This document shows positions 19,894 through 30,015 of a DNA stretch of 64,000 nucleotides, one piece after another (positions within the stretch are counted from its first letter, which is position 1; every line of letters starts with the position of its first letter). Under the pieces are notes generated by a model that saw only the letters and a program-made list of their open reading frames with translations, was not told where the DNA came from and made no database searches. A program made the translations under genes and the position numbers. The stretch comes from an uncultured delta proteobacterium (GTDB lineage: Bacteria > Desulfobacterota > Desulfobacteria > Desulfobacterales > SG8-13): contig CAWBYM010000008.1 in assembly GCA_963792945.1 (NCBI GenBank), positions 56,792 to 120,791 on the forward strand, read 5' to 3'.

Positions 19894-20057
19894 CCCAGCA
19901 AGTCGCCGAACCCCGCCCTGGCATAGGCGAAAGTGGCCCCGAAGGGCCCGGTGGCGGTGCCGAAATGGGCCGGCAGCGAGAAGATTCCCGCTCCGACCAT
20001 GGATTCGACCACCATGGCGGCCAAAGTTGTACGAGAAAACTTCTGGTCTGATTCCAT
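19894..20057 (-). pseudogene. N-terminal remnant of ArcD/LysI-type amino acid antiporter gene
   Basis: MESDQKFSRTTLAAMVVESMVGAGIFSLPAHFGTATGPFGA joined directly to FAYARAGFGD; internal deletion and truncation. Confidence 0.7.
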
Positions 20058-20283
20058 AGTGATCTCCCTGTCGTTTTTGGGAAAAGAATCGAATTCTGAA
20101 ACGTGTTTGCAATACTTCCAGATCAGGTTCACGGCGGAAAACGGGCGCCGTTGGTGCCGTATTCGCTCGTGAGATATCCCTGCAGAAGACCACCCTGGTG
20201 GCTGATCCTCGCTTTGCCAAGATCCCGAAACTCTTAGGCGGCGGCCATCGAAGCGTTATTTTTCCAATACCCGGCAAAACGGA

Positions 20284-21201
20284 TCAACGGCGCTTGGGGA
20301 ACAGCAACTGAAACGTCAAGCGAATCGACCATTCGGGACCGATGTTGTCGGGTTTCTCGATGTTATAAAAACTCTGAAGGGAAACGTTTACCGGTTGTTT
20401 GCCGATAGGAAATATGCGTCCGAACCCGCCGCCGATGGGGACCGTCCAGGCGTTGTCGCTGTCTGCTTCCCAGTTGGCGGTAATGACCGGAGCACTGACC
20501 ACATACCAGCCGCCGTCGAGGTTGTAGTTGACAAAGGGCTGCCAGGTAAACAGGTTGACCTTGGTCTGGTCGCTGTCGGCATTGATCGACCAGATGTTGT
20601 TGAACAAAGAGCCGATCACCCATCGGCCGGGCATCGTCAGAAACACCGCCGACGGTCCGATACCCCATTCACCGGGGCCCAGACGGTCGTCGGTGCTGGT
20701 GGGCAGCAGGAATGCCGGTCCGGCGCCCCACAGCCAGTCGCCGAGCCACCAATTCCGGTTTTTGGGCGAGAAAAAGGCCGTAAAGATCGTGTCCCCTAAG
20801 CCGAATTCCCGATCGCCGTTCGGGTCAAATTCCGGCTGTGAGATGACCGGAAGGACCGTGCGGGTGATCATCAACCAGTCCTGGCCCAGATCAAAAGGAA
20901 TCACGGGTTGGATGTTCAGAACGTTCTGGGTCTTCTCCTGTGGTCCGAAATTGAAGTTGGTGTTGTTCTGAAAGGGCAGGCTGATCATGTCGGCAACCGG
21001 ATTCTGGGCCGCCCTGGCCAGTTCCGCCGTGACATCCTCGCCTTGCTGGACGATGCCGTCGCCCAGATAGGTCTCACGGACCTCCTCACCTGTTGCACAA
21101 ACCGGCGGATTCGTGCCCACGCCCAATATCGGTAAGCCGATCAGAAGAAGGACGATCCACAGCCCTAACGGTTGGCGAATGGTGTTCTTCGATTCGCTCA
21201 T
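20284..21201 (-). CDS. Putative outer-membrane beta-barrel transporter (often annotated neuromedin U-like)
   Basis: ELARAAQNPVADMISLPFQNN, LNIQPVIPF, GLGD, WTVPIGGG, terminal FQLLFPK; GGGAGG RBS. Confidence 0.75.
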   Translation of the reverse strand: MSESKNTIRQPLGLWIVLLLIGLPILGVGTNPPVCATGEEVRETYLGDGIVQQGEDVTAELARAAQNPVADMISLPFQNNTNFNFGPQEKTQNVLNIQPVIPFDLGQDWLMITRTVLPVISQPEFDPNGDREFGLGDTIFTAFFSPKNRNWWLGDWLWGAGPAFLLPTSTDDRLGPGEWGIGPSAVFLTMPGRWVIGSLFNNIWSINADSDQTKVNLFTWQPFVNYNLDGGWYVVSAPVITANWEADSDNAWTVPIGGGFGRIFPIGKQPVNVSLQSFYNIEKPDNIGPEWSIRLTFQLLFPKRR

Positions 21202-21395
21202 CAAAACCTCCCTTGGTCGTGCCGGGCCGAATGGCTTTCGGGTTGACGGCACGCGTGATGATTCGGTTATCAGGGGCCGGAAACTGAACCTTGCGCCGCC
21301 CATGCACGATCGACACCATCGGACCGGTTTCCTTCATAAAGGTACCCAAAAGGTTATATGGATATTGCCAATCATCGAACGCATGTAAGAAGACA

Positions 21396-21412
21396 ACCAA
21401 AATGCATGCCAA
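21396..21412 (-). promoter_or_regulatory. Sigma-54-type promoter 2 (TTGGCATGCATTTTGGT)
   Basis: Same -24/-12 pattern as promoter 1; upstream of the barrel gene. Confidence 0.6.
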
Positions 21413-21527
21413 GGTGATCGGCCAAACCGTGAGTAATATAACTGAATGGAATAATAGCCTTTAATGAATCTTATCCGCAGTATGACCGGAGGGAAGGCCC
21501 GTATCATTTCGTGAAATAACGAATAAG

Positions 21528-21541
21528 CGTTAAATATCGCG
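21528..21541. promoter_or_regulatory. Candidate upstream activator site 2 (CGTTAAATATCGCG)
   Basis: Identical 11-mer, 119 bp from promoter 2. Confidence 0.6.
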
Positions 21542-21826
21542 GAAATTTTGAAATCAATGGCCCCGTAGCCTCCCCCACTCGAGTAAAGTTTCGGGCCATA
21601 CCTCGACGGCAATCACTAGTAAGGCGCCGGCATCTCCTTTGTGGCTTCAAGACGTTATACGTCACCAGGTATATCGCTCTCATTCCGCGACGGGAAGAGG
21701 GCAAAGGCCGGCCATGGTGGCGGCGGCGCAGAGGCGGGGGGCGGTCAAACTTCGAACTCAGGCCAGTTGACGAATACGTCAGCCACCCCATAGCGGTTAT
21801 AGGCATTGACCTCTGGGGAATCGACC

Positions 21827-22438
21827 TTATACGGCGGACGTGCCTTCGAGTACCTTTTTCGGAGGCCGGGTCGCGCGAAAAAGAAGCCAGACAGAGAACC
21901 CGAGCACGATCAATTCAGCCGTCACGATGAAGGAAAGGGACGTCAGGCTGACCGCATCGATGGCCGACAGGACCCGTGCAGGGTCAGCGCCGAGCTGGGC
22001 AACCGGTAAGCCCGTCTGGGGGGTGGCCAGAAGCGTAAACAAAAGACGCAGGACCGCATTCAGTTGGAGGACCATCGAAAAGACGATGCCCAGACAGCTC
22101 CCCCAAAGACCGATCCAGATGTTCCTGAGCACATTGGATAGAGGGGGTCGCGTCTGTGGATCGGCGATTTTTTTCGACAGGCGTGTGTATTGATAAAACC
22201 AGTAGGTCATAAAAGCCATCACCAGCAGACTGCCGTGGGAGAGGTAATTGCTCAGATCGATCCCTTTGCGTTGCACGGACTCGGGACTGGCCAAAAACAC
22301 TACGTAGAGCACCAATAGAAGATCGGCAGACAGCAGCGCCAGCTGGATCCAAAAACCGATCCATCCCAAGCGCGAAAAGTGCTTTGCCAGGCTTTCCGGA
22401 TTCCGTATTTGGTCCTGCTTGATGAGATTGTTTGTCAT
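21827..22438 (-). CDS. DUF3611 family membrane protein (Tic21/PIC1-like)
   Basis: F.RLGWIGFWIQLAL N-terminal motif, four TM segments, AIDA...AEL C-terminal motif; GAAAGGAG RBS. Confidence 0.7.
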   Translation of the reverse strand: MTNNLIKQDQIRNPESLAKHFSRLGWIGFWIQLALLSADLLLVLYVVFLASPESVQRKGIDLSNYLSHGSLLVMAFMTYWFYQYTRLSKKIADPQTRPPLSNVLRNIWIGLWGSCLGIVFSMVLQLNAVLRLLFTLLATPQTGLPVAQLGADPARVLSAIDAVSLTSLSFIVTAELIVLGFSVWLLFRATRPPKKVLEGTSAV

Positions 22439-22618
22439 TATCAGTCTCCTTTCATCGGTATGGTAGGGAGTTTTGAGGAAGTCTTCAGGATTTCCAAATC
22501 AGACAGGGTAACATATTCCTAAGCCCCAGCTGGTTGCTCCGTTGTCGGTGTCAGCGCTACCATTCGTCATTGGCGCCCCGTGTGCCGGTATCCGTTCAGA
22601 TAAGATCGGTTTCTAAAT

Positions 22619-22635
22619 CTCAAGATTCATGCCAA
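22619..22635 (-). promoter_or_regulatory. Sigma-54-type promoter 3 (TTGGCATGAATCTTGAG)
   Basis: Same -24 box, -12 TTGA; upstream of DUF3611 gene. Confidence 0.55.
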
Positions 22636-22751
22636 ATGATTTCAATACAATAAACTGTCGATAACACATTATTATAGCGTATGTATTAAAATAAAAGGCG
22701 AATAAGGGGGCTGGTTGTCGCGACCTTATTCGCCGCGAAATTTAATAAATA

Positions 22752-22765
22752 TGTTAAATATCGCG
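22752..22765. promoter_or_regulatory. Candidate upstream activator site 3 (TGTTAAATATCGCG)
   Basis: Identical 11-mer, 120 bp from promoter 3. Confidence 0.6.
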
Positions 22766-22904
22766 GCAAACGTTGTGCGCCGCGTATGGACATCAACACG
22801 ACAACAACGATAACAGGCAACCTCGTCTTTAGCAGAAGGAAGTTGATAATATATGCAATCAAACCGAGCCCCCCGTTCTGGCAGAACAACTGCAGATAAG
22901 ACGG

Positions 22905-25900
22905 CTATGATTTTTTTATCCGCAGTTTGCGCATGCGGGAGCGCAGCGTGCTGGGGTTGAGTTCCAGAATCGCGGCGGCGCCTTTGGGACCCGCGATGCG
23001 CCAGCTCGTTTTCTCGAGCACCCGAATGATATGCTCCCTTTCGATTTCTTGCAGGTTTTTAAGTGGTTCGCCATTACTTTCAGAGTCTACCCCACGAAGA
23101 AGGTCTTCGGCCAAAACGAGTTTGGACGCGGAACTGTTGATGACCGCCCGTTCAATTACGCTAGCCAGTTCCCGCACATTACCGGGCCATGAATAAGCCA
23201 CCAATTTCGACATGACATTATCAGTGATGATGTGCGTTGATCGACCCAGCCGCTTGGATGCTTTTTCCATGAAAAATTGGGCCAGTAAGGGTATATCCTC
23301 GATCCGCTCACGCAGAGGCGGCACTGTAATCGGAAACACGTTCAAACGGTAATAGAGATCCTCGCGAAAACGCCCCTCCCGGACCAAACTCTCCAGTTTG
23401 CGATTGGTGGCCGCTATCACCCTCACATCGACCTTGAGCGTCATGGAACTGCCGAGGCGCTCAAATTCGCCATCTTGCAGGACCCGCAGCAGCTTGCTTT
23501 GCAAGTCCAACGGTAATTCACCGACTTCATCCAGAAATAGACCCGAACCGTCGGCCAGTTCGAACCGTCCTTTTCGCCGGGAGTGGGCGCCTGTGAAAGC
23601 GCCTTTCTCGTGGCCGAACAGTTCGCTTTCGATGAGTTGTGCTGGCAGTGCGGCACAATTTACTTTCACCAAGGAGCGGTTACGGCGCAGCCCCCTGCTG
23701 TGGATGGCCCGGCAAATCAATTCCTTGCCGGTTCCGGTTTCGCCCAAAACCAGAACATTGGAATCGATTTCAGCCGCTTGTTCGACCTTGTAGAATACAT
23801 ATTGTATTGCGGCACTCCGCCCGATGATCCCTTCAAAATTATGCTCCTGCCGAATCTCCTCCTGCAGGTATGCTGTTTCGGCTTCGAGCTGGTTCTTCAG
23901 CTGCTTGATCTCCGAAAAGGCGGTCTGCAGATCGATTTGCGCCAGTTTTTGCTCGGTTATGTCAGTGTGAGATACGATGGCCGCGCCTTTGTGACCGGAA
24001 AACGGGATGACTTTCATCATGAACCAGCGTTTATTTTTAGCCGAATCGCAGGGATACTCCAGAATATATTTCTCCCGGGTTCCTTCAAGCACCGACCGTA
24101 GCTCCTCCCGCACGATTTCCGCGAGCGCGTCACCGGTTTCGGAGCTGCGGCGGCAGACCTCGAGGTAATTGATGCCGCGGCCGATATGCTCCAGGGTAGT
24201 TGCAGCGTTTTCGCGGGCAAACCGCATCCAGCTTTCATTGACGTCCAGGATGTTGCCTTGCCGATCCAAAACGGCAAGGTGGTTGGTCAGAGAATCGAGA
24301 ATGGATCGATTGAAATTTTTACTCTGCACGAGGGCTTCATAGGACCGCTTGCGGGCCAACGCATGGGCAAGGACCTGAGCGACCACCTCGCATCTTCGGA
24401 TCATATCCTGCGACCAGTCTCTGGCGCGTGTCACCATCCCGAGTGCCAGCATTCCCCGGGTACTTCCGCCGGTCGCAACGGGAATAACAACGGCCGACCT
24501 GGTGCCTTGAGAATGCACAAAGGCCTTCTCCACGCCGGCTTCCGGAGGCAGGTCGTCAGGATCGGAAAAATAAAAGCTTTCCCCCTGCAGTATTTTTTTT
24601 CGAGCCCAGGGAAACCGGTCGAATTCAATTTGTGAGGGTGGCGGCGCAATGCTGGCGTCGACATAAGAATGGACAATCCTCATCCGCTGGTCGGTATCGG
24701 AGAGTTCGAACAACGTGATACGATCCACTTGGAGATGCTCACCAAATGTTCTCAACTCAGCGGCAATTTGCGCATCCACCCGGTCCGGCGGCAGGTCCAC
24801 CAATCGGGCCGAAAGCTCGGCCAGTATCTTCTCGAAAGCCAGCCTTTCAGTCAGCCGAACCTCGACCCGGCGGCGCCGGACATTTACGGTCCACAGAAGA
24901 CAGACCAACACGCTTAGAGAAAAAATCACCAGAATGGTGGCAATGATGTACTTGCGGTGCCTATCCCAGAGCGAAAATTCTTTGAATCGCACGACACTTC
25001 CGGGAGGCAGCTGCTCTTCGTCTATGCCCCAGCGCTTCAGCTGATGCCAGTCAAACTCGAGTCGATTTTCCGGGGGGGCTGTATTGATGGCAGCCGGCGC
25101 GTCGCCGTTTAGAATTTGCAGGACAACGTCCGCAAGTCTTTTCCCTTGATCGACGGGACTGAGAAGGTAGCCGCCCACAATTCCGTATCCTAAATAAATA
25201 TCGAAGAAACCGAACACGGGTGCGTTGGCTGCTTGTGCAATCTCGGACATCACATCGCGTGACACGAACGTTTTTCCCTCGGCATCATTGATAAAACTTG
25301 TAAAGAGCACCACGGCGTGTTCCGGCAACCGGGCGACTTTGGCCAGCAGCTCCGCTTTGCTCACATCGCTGAGATAAACGACTTCCAGCGGCCCGTGATA
25401 ATTTTTCAGATTTTCCCGGACCAACCTTGCGCCTCCGCGGTCGCTTTGCGAGGAACCCGAAACGATAAAAAGGCGGCGGGCTTCGGGCAGCAATTTTCCA
25501 ATCAAGATGACTTGGCCAAATACATCGAATCCATAGACCAGGTTCCTGAGGTAGGGCTTTACAGTCGAATCCTTTTGGAAGTCGGGGTTTGTCGTGAGGG
25601 CGATCATCGGAACGTTTCCGAACAACGCCTCGCTGTGTTTGGCGACAAGATCTGCGGCTTCATCACCCAGGCCAAGGACAACCTCCATTGGGGGTTGAGA
25701 ATATTTATAGTGCAGCAGATCAGTGAACTTTTGCAGGTAGACATTATCCGCAAACCGAAATCGGTCTGCAAATTCGATGTTGAGCTCGACAAGATGCGGA
25801 GACGCCGAATCCAGGTTCGAACGCAGGCTTTGGACCAATGCCACCGTGAACGGCAACCCTTCTTGACTAAAAATAATCGCCAGAACCCGCTTCGTTGCGA

Positions 25901-25988
25901 TCCGGTCGGTTTCGGCGGCATCCGCCGGCCAGCCGAGCGAAAGCCAGATCAGAAATGCCAGGATTATGGCTTTTTCAAGTATTTGCAT
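22905..25988 (-). CDS. Membrane-anchored sigma-54 enhancer-binding protein (periplasmic binding-protein-like sensor, TM, GAF, PAS, FhlA-like AAA+, HTH)
   Basis: Signal/TM N-terminus, second TM near aa 350, [66 protein letters not shown]. Confidence 0.93.
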   Translation of the reverse strand: MQILEKAIILAFLIWLSLGWPADAAETDRIATKRVLAIIFSQEGLPFTVALVQSLRSNLDSASPHLVELNIEFADRFRFADNVYLQKFTDLLHYKYSQPPMEVVLGLGDEAADLVAKHSEALFGNVPMIALTTNPDFQKDSTVKPYLRNLVYGFDVFGQVILIGKLLPEARRLFIVSGSSQSDRGGARLVRENLKNYHGPLEVVYLSDVSKAELLAKVARLPEHAVVLFTSFINDAEGKTFVSRDVMSEIAQAANAPVFGFFDIYLGYGIVGGYLLSPVDQGKRLADVVLQILNGDAPAAINTAPPENRLEFDWHQLKRWGIDEEQLPPGSVVRFKEFSLWDRHRKYIIATILVIFSLSVLVCLLWTVNVRRRRVEVRLTERLAFEKILAELSARLVDLPPDRVDAQIAAELRTFGEHLQVDRITLFELSDTDQRMRIVHSYVDASIAPPPSQIEFDRFPWARKKILQGESFYFSDPDDLPPEAGVEKAFVHSQGTRSAVVIPVATGGSTRGMLALGMVTRARDWSQDMIRRCEVVAQVLAHALARKRSYEALVQSKNFNRSILDSLTNHLAVLDRQGNILDVNESWMRFARENAATTLEHIGRGINYLEVCRRSSETGDALAEIVREELRSVLEGTREKYILEYPCDSAKNKRWFMMKVIPFSGHKGAAIVSHTDITEQKLAQIDLQTAFSEIKQLKNQLEAETAYLQEEIRQEHNFEGIIGRSAAIQYVFYKVEQAAEIDSNVLVLGETGTGKELICRAIHSRGLRRNRSLVKVNCAALPAQLIESELFGHEKGAFTGAHSRRKGRFELADGSGLFLDEVGELPLDLQSKLLRVLQDGEFERLGSSMTLKVDVRVIAATNRKLESLVREGRFREDLYYRLNVFPITVPPLRERIEDIPLLAQFFMEKASKRLGRSTHIITDNVMSKLVAYSWPGNVRELASVIERAVINSSASKLVLAEDLLRGVDSESNGEPLKNLQEIEREHIIRVLEKTSWRIAGPKGAAAILELNPSTLRSRMRKLRIKKS

Positions 25989-26264
25989 TATCCAAAAAAG
26001 TCATAGCCCTTCCGACGCATGTCAAATGGTCTTCCGGCCATCATTTCTGAAGAATATCAAACCTGATATTTGCCGCGACGTCATGCCGTTCATCCGTTCA
26101 GGGGGGATGCCTTCCGAGCCCATGGTAAAGGCGGAGAGCGGAGCCCGAAACACTTCAACTTCTTACCATACAGATGCTTTTTATGTCAGTATTGGCACAA
26201 TGACACAAGATGAATCCGTGGACCGAATGGATCGATGCGGCCCCGAATCGATTCCCGCAAGCGT

Positions 26265-26954
26265 TTACGGCCGGGGCCGGGGAAAGTCTTCGAAGACTGA
26301 GCCCATTGCGGCCGTCGCCAGCTCTTCGGCGGTCACCCAGCGGCCTCCGCGACGGAAGAAATTTCCCAGACCGAACAGGTTGTCGCTCAAGGCCTCCTGG
26401 GTGTAGTCATAAACGGCAGACCAGAGAACGCTCGGCTGCCGGCAGTCGATGAGGTAGATGTCGAATGCGACCGAAGCAGGGGACTCGGCCGAAAACCCGC
26501 CACCGACGCGCTCCCGAAAACGGTAGACATGACCGGTGAAGACCGCGTCGGCTCCCAGCCGCCGGCCATACTGCGAAAGCCGCTCGAGCTGTTGCCCATC
26601 GTCCCTCCGACCGCCGCCAAAGGCCTCCACCACGGCTGAAGGATCGCCGGCCGGCAGAACAGCAAAAGCCGTGTCCCGCTGCACGTGGGAAACCAGTTGC
26701 CCGGTCAGAAACTGCTCTGCGCCGGCGGCCGCCGGACCCGTCACGAAGACCCGGCCGCTGATCGGACTGCGAACGCCGGTGTCGGGTTCGTAGCGTTCCG
26801 CCAGGTTTTCAAACGGCACAATAACGACGGTCTCGATAGGGGGCCAATCGCCTTGGTACCGTATGACAGGAGTCTGAGCGGTGCATGCACCCAGCCAAAA
26901 GGCGGACAGCGCCAAAGCCGCGAGGCGGGCGGCGGCCCACTTTTTCAAAGTCAT
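26265..26954 (-). CDS. Putative lipoprotein (TolB-N/CsgG-like fold)
   Basis: Lipobox LGAC; VVIVPFEN, GRRLGADAVFTG.VYRFRER, PASVAF. Confidence 0.7.
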   Translation of the reverse strand: MTLKKWAAARLAALALSAFWLGACTAQTPVIRYQGDWPPIETVVIVPFENLAERYEPDTGVRSPISGRVFVTGPAAAGAEQFLTGQLVSHVQRDTAFAVLPAGDPSAVVEAFGGGRRDDGQQLERLSQYGRRLGADAVFTGHVYRFRERVGGGFSAESPASVAFDIYLIDCRQPSVLWSAVYDYTQEALSDNLFGLGNFFRRGGRWVTAEELATAAMGSVFEDFPRPRP

Positions 26955-27176
26955 CTCGATCTCCCGGGGTCGGGTGGGCCCGACTCTGCTTGCGATCCGG
27001 TTATATATGGATGGAAAATGGTCATTATCGATTTTTTCAACAAACCCGGCCAGGGTAATTGGGGGGGAAGGTATAACAAAACCGGATGCGGGGCAAATCA
27101 AAATTTTTGGCCGTCAGTTGCAGTTTGCCGTGACGGATCTGGAAAGGCGCAGTCAATGTAGTTTTCCAACGGACCT

Positions 27177-28802
27177 CTATGCACTTCGCAACGACGATCT
27201 CTGGACAAACCAGATCGTCAGCATCGGCAGCAGCAGCCCAAGGCCGGTGACCGTAACCAGCAAAACGCCGAGCGTGGAGTAGTCGGCAGGGACGATGACG
27301 GCACCGGATTGCGGATCCAGAATCTCGCGGCTGACCGTGAAAATCTGATTCAGATATTTCGTCGACAGGTTGCTCAAGGACAGGGCCAGATTGGTAAACG
27401 AGGCCATGACCGCAAAAAAAGTGGCCTTCAGGTGCGGTGGTGCGCTGTTGGCGATCCAGGCCAGCATGGGGATCATCGCTACCTGGCCCAGCGGCGACTC
27501 CAGGGCGGTGTCCACCACGGCGATGAAACGTGCACCCACGATTCCGTTGGTCAGAGCCGAGGTCCACTCGTGCAGCCCGTAGTACATGCCGATGATGGGC
27601 AAGCTTAATACAGATCCGACCAGGGTCAGGAATCCCACCACGTAGGCAATTGATTTCTCGGCCATAAAGCGCCGAAAGACGAACATCCCCAGCAAGGCGA
27701 GCCCTCCGCCGATCAAGGACAGCATCGACATGAATTGCTGGTCGAAGCCCAAGGTGTCGATCTGCCACCAGGTGGCGCCGGCGCCGGGTCCGGGAAGGGC
27801 CCGAAACACGAAAATGACGATTGCCGTGCCGACCAGGGTGCGACGGGCGGAAGGAGACAATTCCTTGAGCAGTTTGGCCATCAGGAAGAGGACGATGGCC
27901 AACGAGCCTGCCAATACGATTTCCTGGTTATAGGGAACTCGGCCCAATCCCATCACCAGCGTAAACAAAACAAAAACCAGGCTGCCGCCCAGAATCCACC
28001 CATTGGGCCGAACCTCCGGCCCGTTGCCTTCCTTTCCCGGAGTGAATCGCCCGTCCGACAAACCGAGCTCCCGATACTTGCGGGCGCGGATTCGTTTCAA
28101 CAGGCCGGCCAGCGCCACTCCGGCCACCGAAATCACTGGGATGATCAGGGCCAGCTGGTAGATATCGGTGTAGACGCTGCGTTTCAACTCTTCCGGCATG
28201 TCGGCGACACCGCTGAACATGACGATATTGACGACGGAGACGGCGATCCCCCCACCGACAATCGCCATCCGGCCCAGCGTCTGCATCGTGGTGTGCATCC
28301 GCCGGATGGTGCGGTCGTCGAAGGCCGCACCGTTGTCGTCGACCAGCGGCACGGCCTCGACGGTCATGGCGTCGGCCACCACATCCTGAATCACGTAGCC
28401 CACCGGCGCCAGCAGAGCCGCCAGGACAAACCACGACTCCACTGCCATAAAACGGGTCATCCAAGCGCTGGAACCGATTAAACCGAGCATGATCGCAAGG
28501 CCGGCGCCAATGAGCACGGCACCGAGGACGACCAGTGCGGACTTCCAACGCCAGATCAGGTCCACCAGGTGGCCCAGCGGCATCTTTAGCGCCCAGGGCA
28601 GGCCGATCCAGAATCCGAGCATGGCCAGAAACTCGGCCGACAGTCCGAGGGTGTCCTTGACGAAAAAAGTCCCGACGATGCCGGTCAAACTGGAAATACC
28701 GGCGGCCATGTAAACCAAAAGGGGCGGCAGGTACGAAAGACGTATCTGGCGAACCGGATCGACGATATGCGTACGGATCCACGACCGGACCGGGACCGCC
28801 AT
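27177..28802 (-). CDS. MFS transporter, BT1 (folate/biopterin) family
   Basis: YLPPLLVYMAAG, LPWALKMPLGHLVD, QDVVADAMTVE, APPHLKATFFAVMASFTNL. Confidence 0.78.
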   Translation of the reverse strand: MAVPVRSWIRTHIVDPVRQIRLSYLPPLLVYMAAGISSLTGIVGTFFVKDTLGLSAEFLAMLGFWIGLPWALKMPLGHLVDLIWRWKSALVVLGAVLIGAGLAIMLGLIGSSAWMTRFMAVESWFVLAALLAPVGYVIQDVVADAMTVEAVPLVDDNGAAFDDRTIRRMHTTMQTLGRMAIVGGGIAVSVVNIVMFSGVADMPEELKRSVYTDIYQLALIIPVISVAGVALAGLLKRIRARKYRELGLSDGRFTPGKEGNGPEVRPNGWILGGSLVFVLFTLVMGLGRVPYNQEIVLAGSLAIVLFLMAKLLKELSPSARRTLVGTAIVIFVFRALPGPGAGATWWQIDTLGFDQQFMSMLSLIGGGLALLGMFVFRRFMAEKSIAYVVGFLTLVGSVLSLPIIGMYYGLHEWTSALTNGIVGARFIAVVDTALESPLGQVAMIPMLAWIANSAPPHLKATFFAVMASFTNLALSLSNLSTKYLNQIFTVSREILDPQSGAVIVPADYSTLGVLLVTVTGLGLLLPMLTIWFVQRSSLRSA

Positions 28803-29028
28803 GTGACGCGGATAACTAATTGTGGGTGTGTGACGAATCACTTTGGATTTCCAATCGGAAAGGCGGAAGCCGGCCGGGCCGCCGCCTTTCCGGGATGAGA
28901 TTATCCCCTCTGCGCAAGGGGCACGTAGAATTTTCCCTTCTGCCGTTGCACCAGCAACAACAGATGATCTTTCTCCTTTGCGTCAAACTTGTTTTGGTTT
29001 GTGTTGTGTCGCCCAGAATTGCCGCGAT

Positions 29029-29484
29029 TTATGCCTTTAGGACGGATCGCACGGCGCTGTGCAGGACCTCGGGGTCGAAAGGTTTAGTCAGAAAGTGTTC
29101 AGCCATCGATCGAACGGCAGGCAAGTCCCAAATTGTGTAATCCGTGCTGATCAGAATGAACGGTAATCCGGGGTTAACGGCGGCCTGTCGCCTGAAAAAT
29201 GCATAACCCTCGAGCTCTTTCGAGATCGGATGCAGATTCATGTCAAAGATGATCAAGCCGATATTTTCACCGCCGTCCGCGGCAAGAAAATTCTCGGCCT
29301 CCCGGGTCGTCTTCTTGGCAATGACCTTATAGCCCCAGCATTTCAGTAAGGCCTGCAGAGAACGCCGCGCTTCCCTATCCTCCTCGACGAGAAGGACGCT
29401 CGTGTGGTGGGAAGCGCTCAACTCATTGCCCTGTGAGCCATCCATTGAATTATCCTCCATAAGCATTCCACTTCTTGCGAACAT
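29029..29484 (-). CDS. Single-domain response regulator receiver protein
   Basis: VLLVEED, IIFDMNL phosphoacceptor, PFILIST, FLTKPF. Confidence 0.8.
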   Translation of the reverse strand: MFARSGMLMEDNSMDGSQGNELSASHHTSVLLVEEDREARRSLQALLKCWGYKVIAKKTTREAENFLAADGGENIGLIIFDMNLHPISKELEGYAFFRRQAAVNPGLPFILISTDYTIWDLPAVRSMAEHFLTKPFDPEVLHSAVRSVLKA

Positions 29485-30015
29485 AAGTAATCCTTGAACT
29501 TAACCGGAAGATGACGCCAGGATTACAGTTTGGTAATCTTTGGGAAGGTATGGGAACAAGACTGTGGGCAGTCGAAGAAGGTAAAGCCGGCTCGGGGACT
29601 CGAAATTCACGGGGTCTTATGGAGAGATTCTAAGGTGGAGTCGTAATCGGAACAGTGGCTGCAACGCCCATGGCTGCCGCGCCTTTTCAACTGTTCCCGG
29701 CGAAGCACTTGCGATGGTCGAGATGGCGATGGCGGTTCGGCGGGCATTGCGTGGCGATCTGACTCAATTGCTGGACGATAAGCGGTGCTGCCGGGGGGGA
29801 TAAACCCGCTATCTTGGTCAATTCGGCCGGGACTTTTGGCTCTTCAAGAATTCCGTTTGGATGCCGGCCGCTGAGATTCCCGGTCCTTGCGCGTATGGCA
29901 CCGGCAGCCCCGAACGGGGCGGGTCGCAGCAGAAAATTATCCGTGTCACCATCGGTGCGGACCGGGTTCCTTCAGGGGATGAGCAAAATCAGACAAAGCC
30001 TTAGATTCCGATCGG

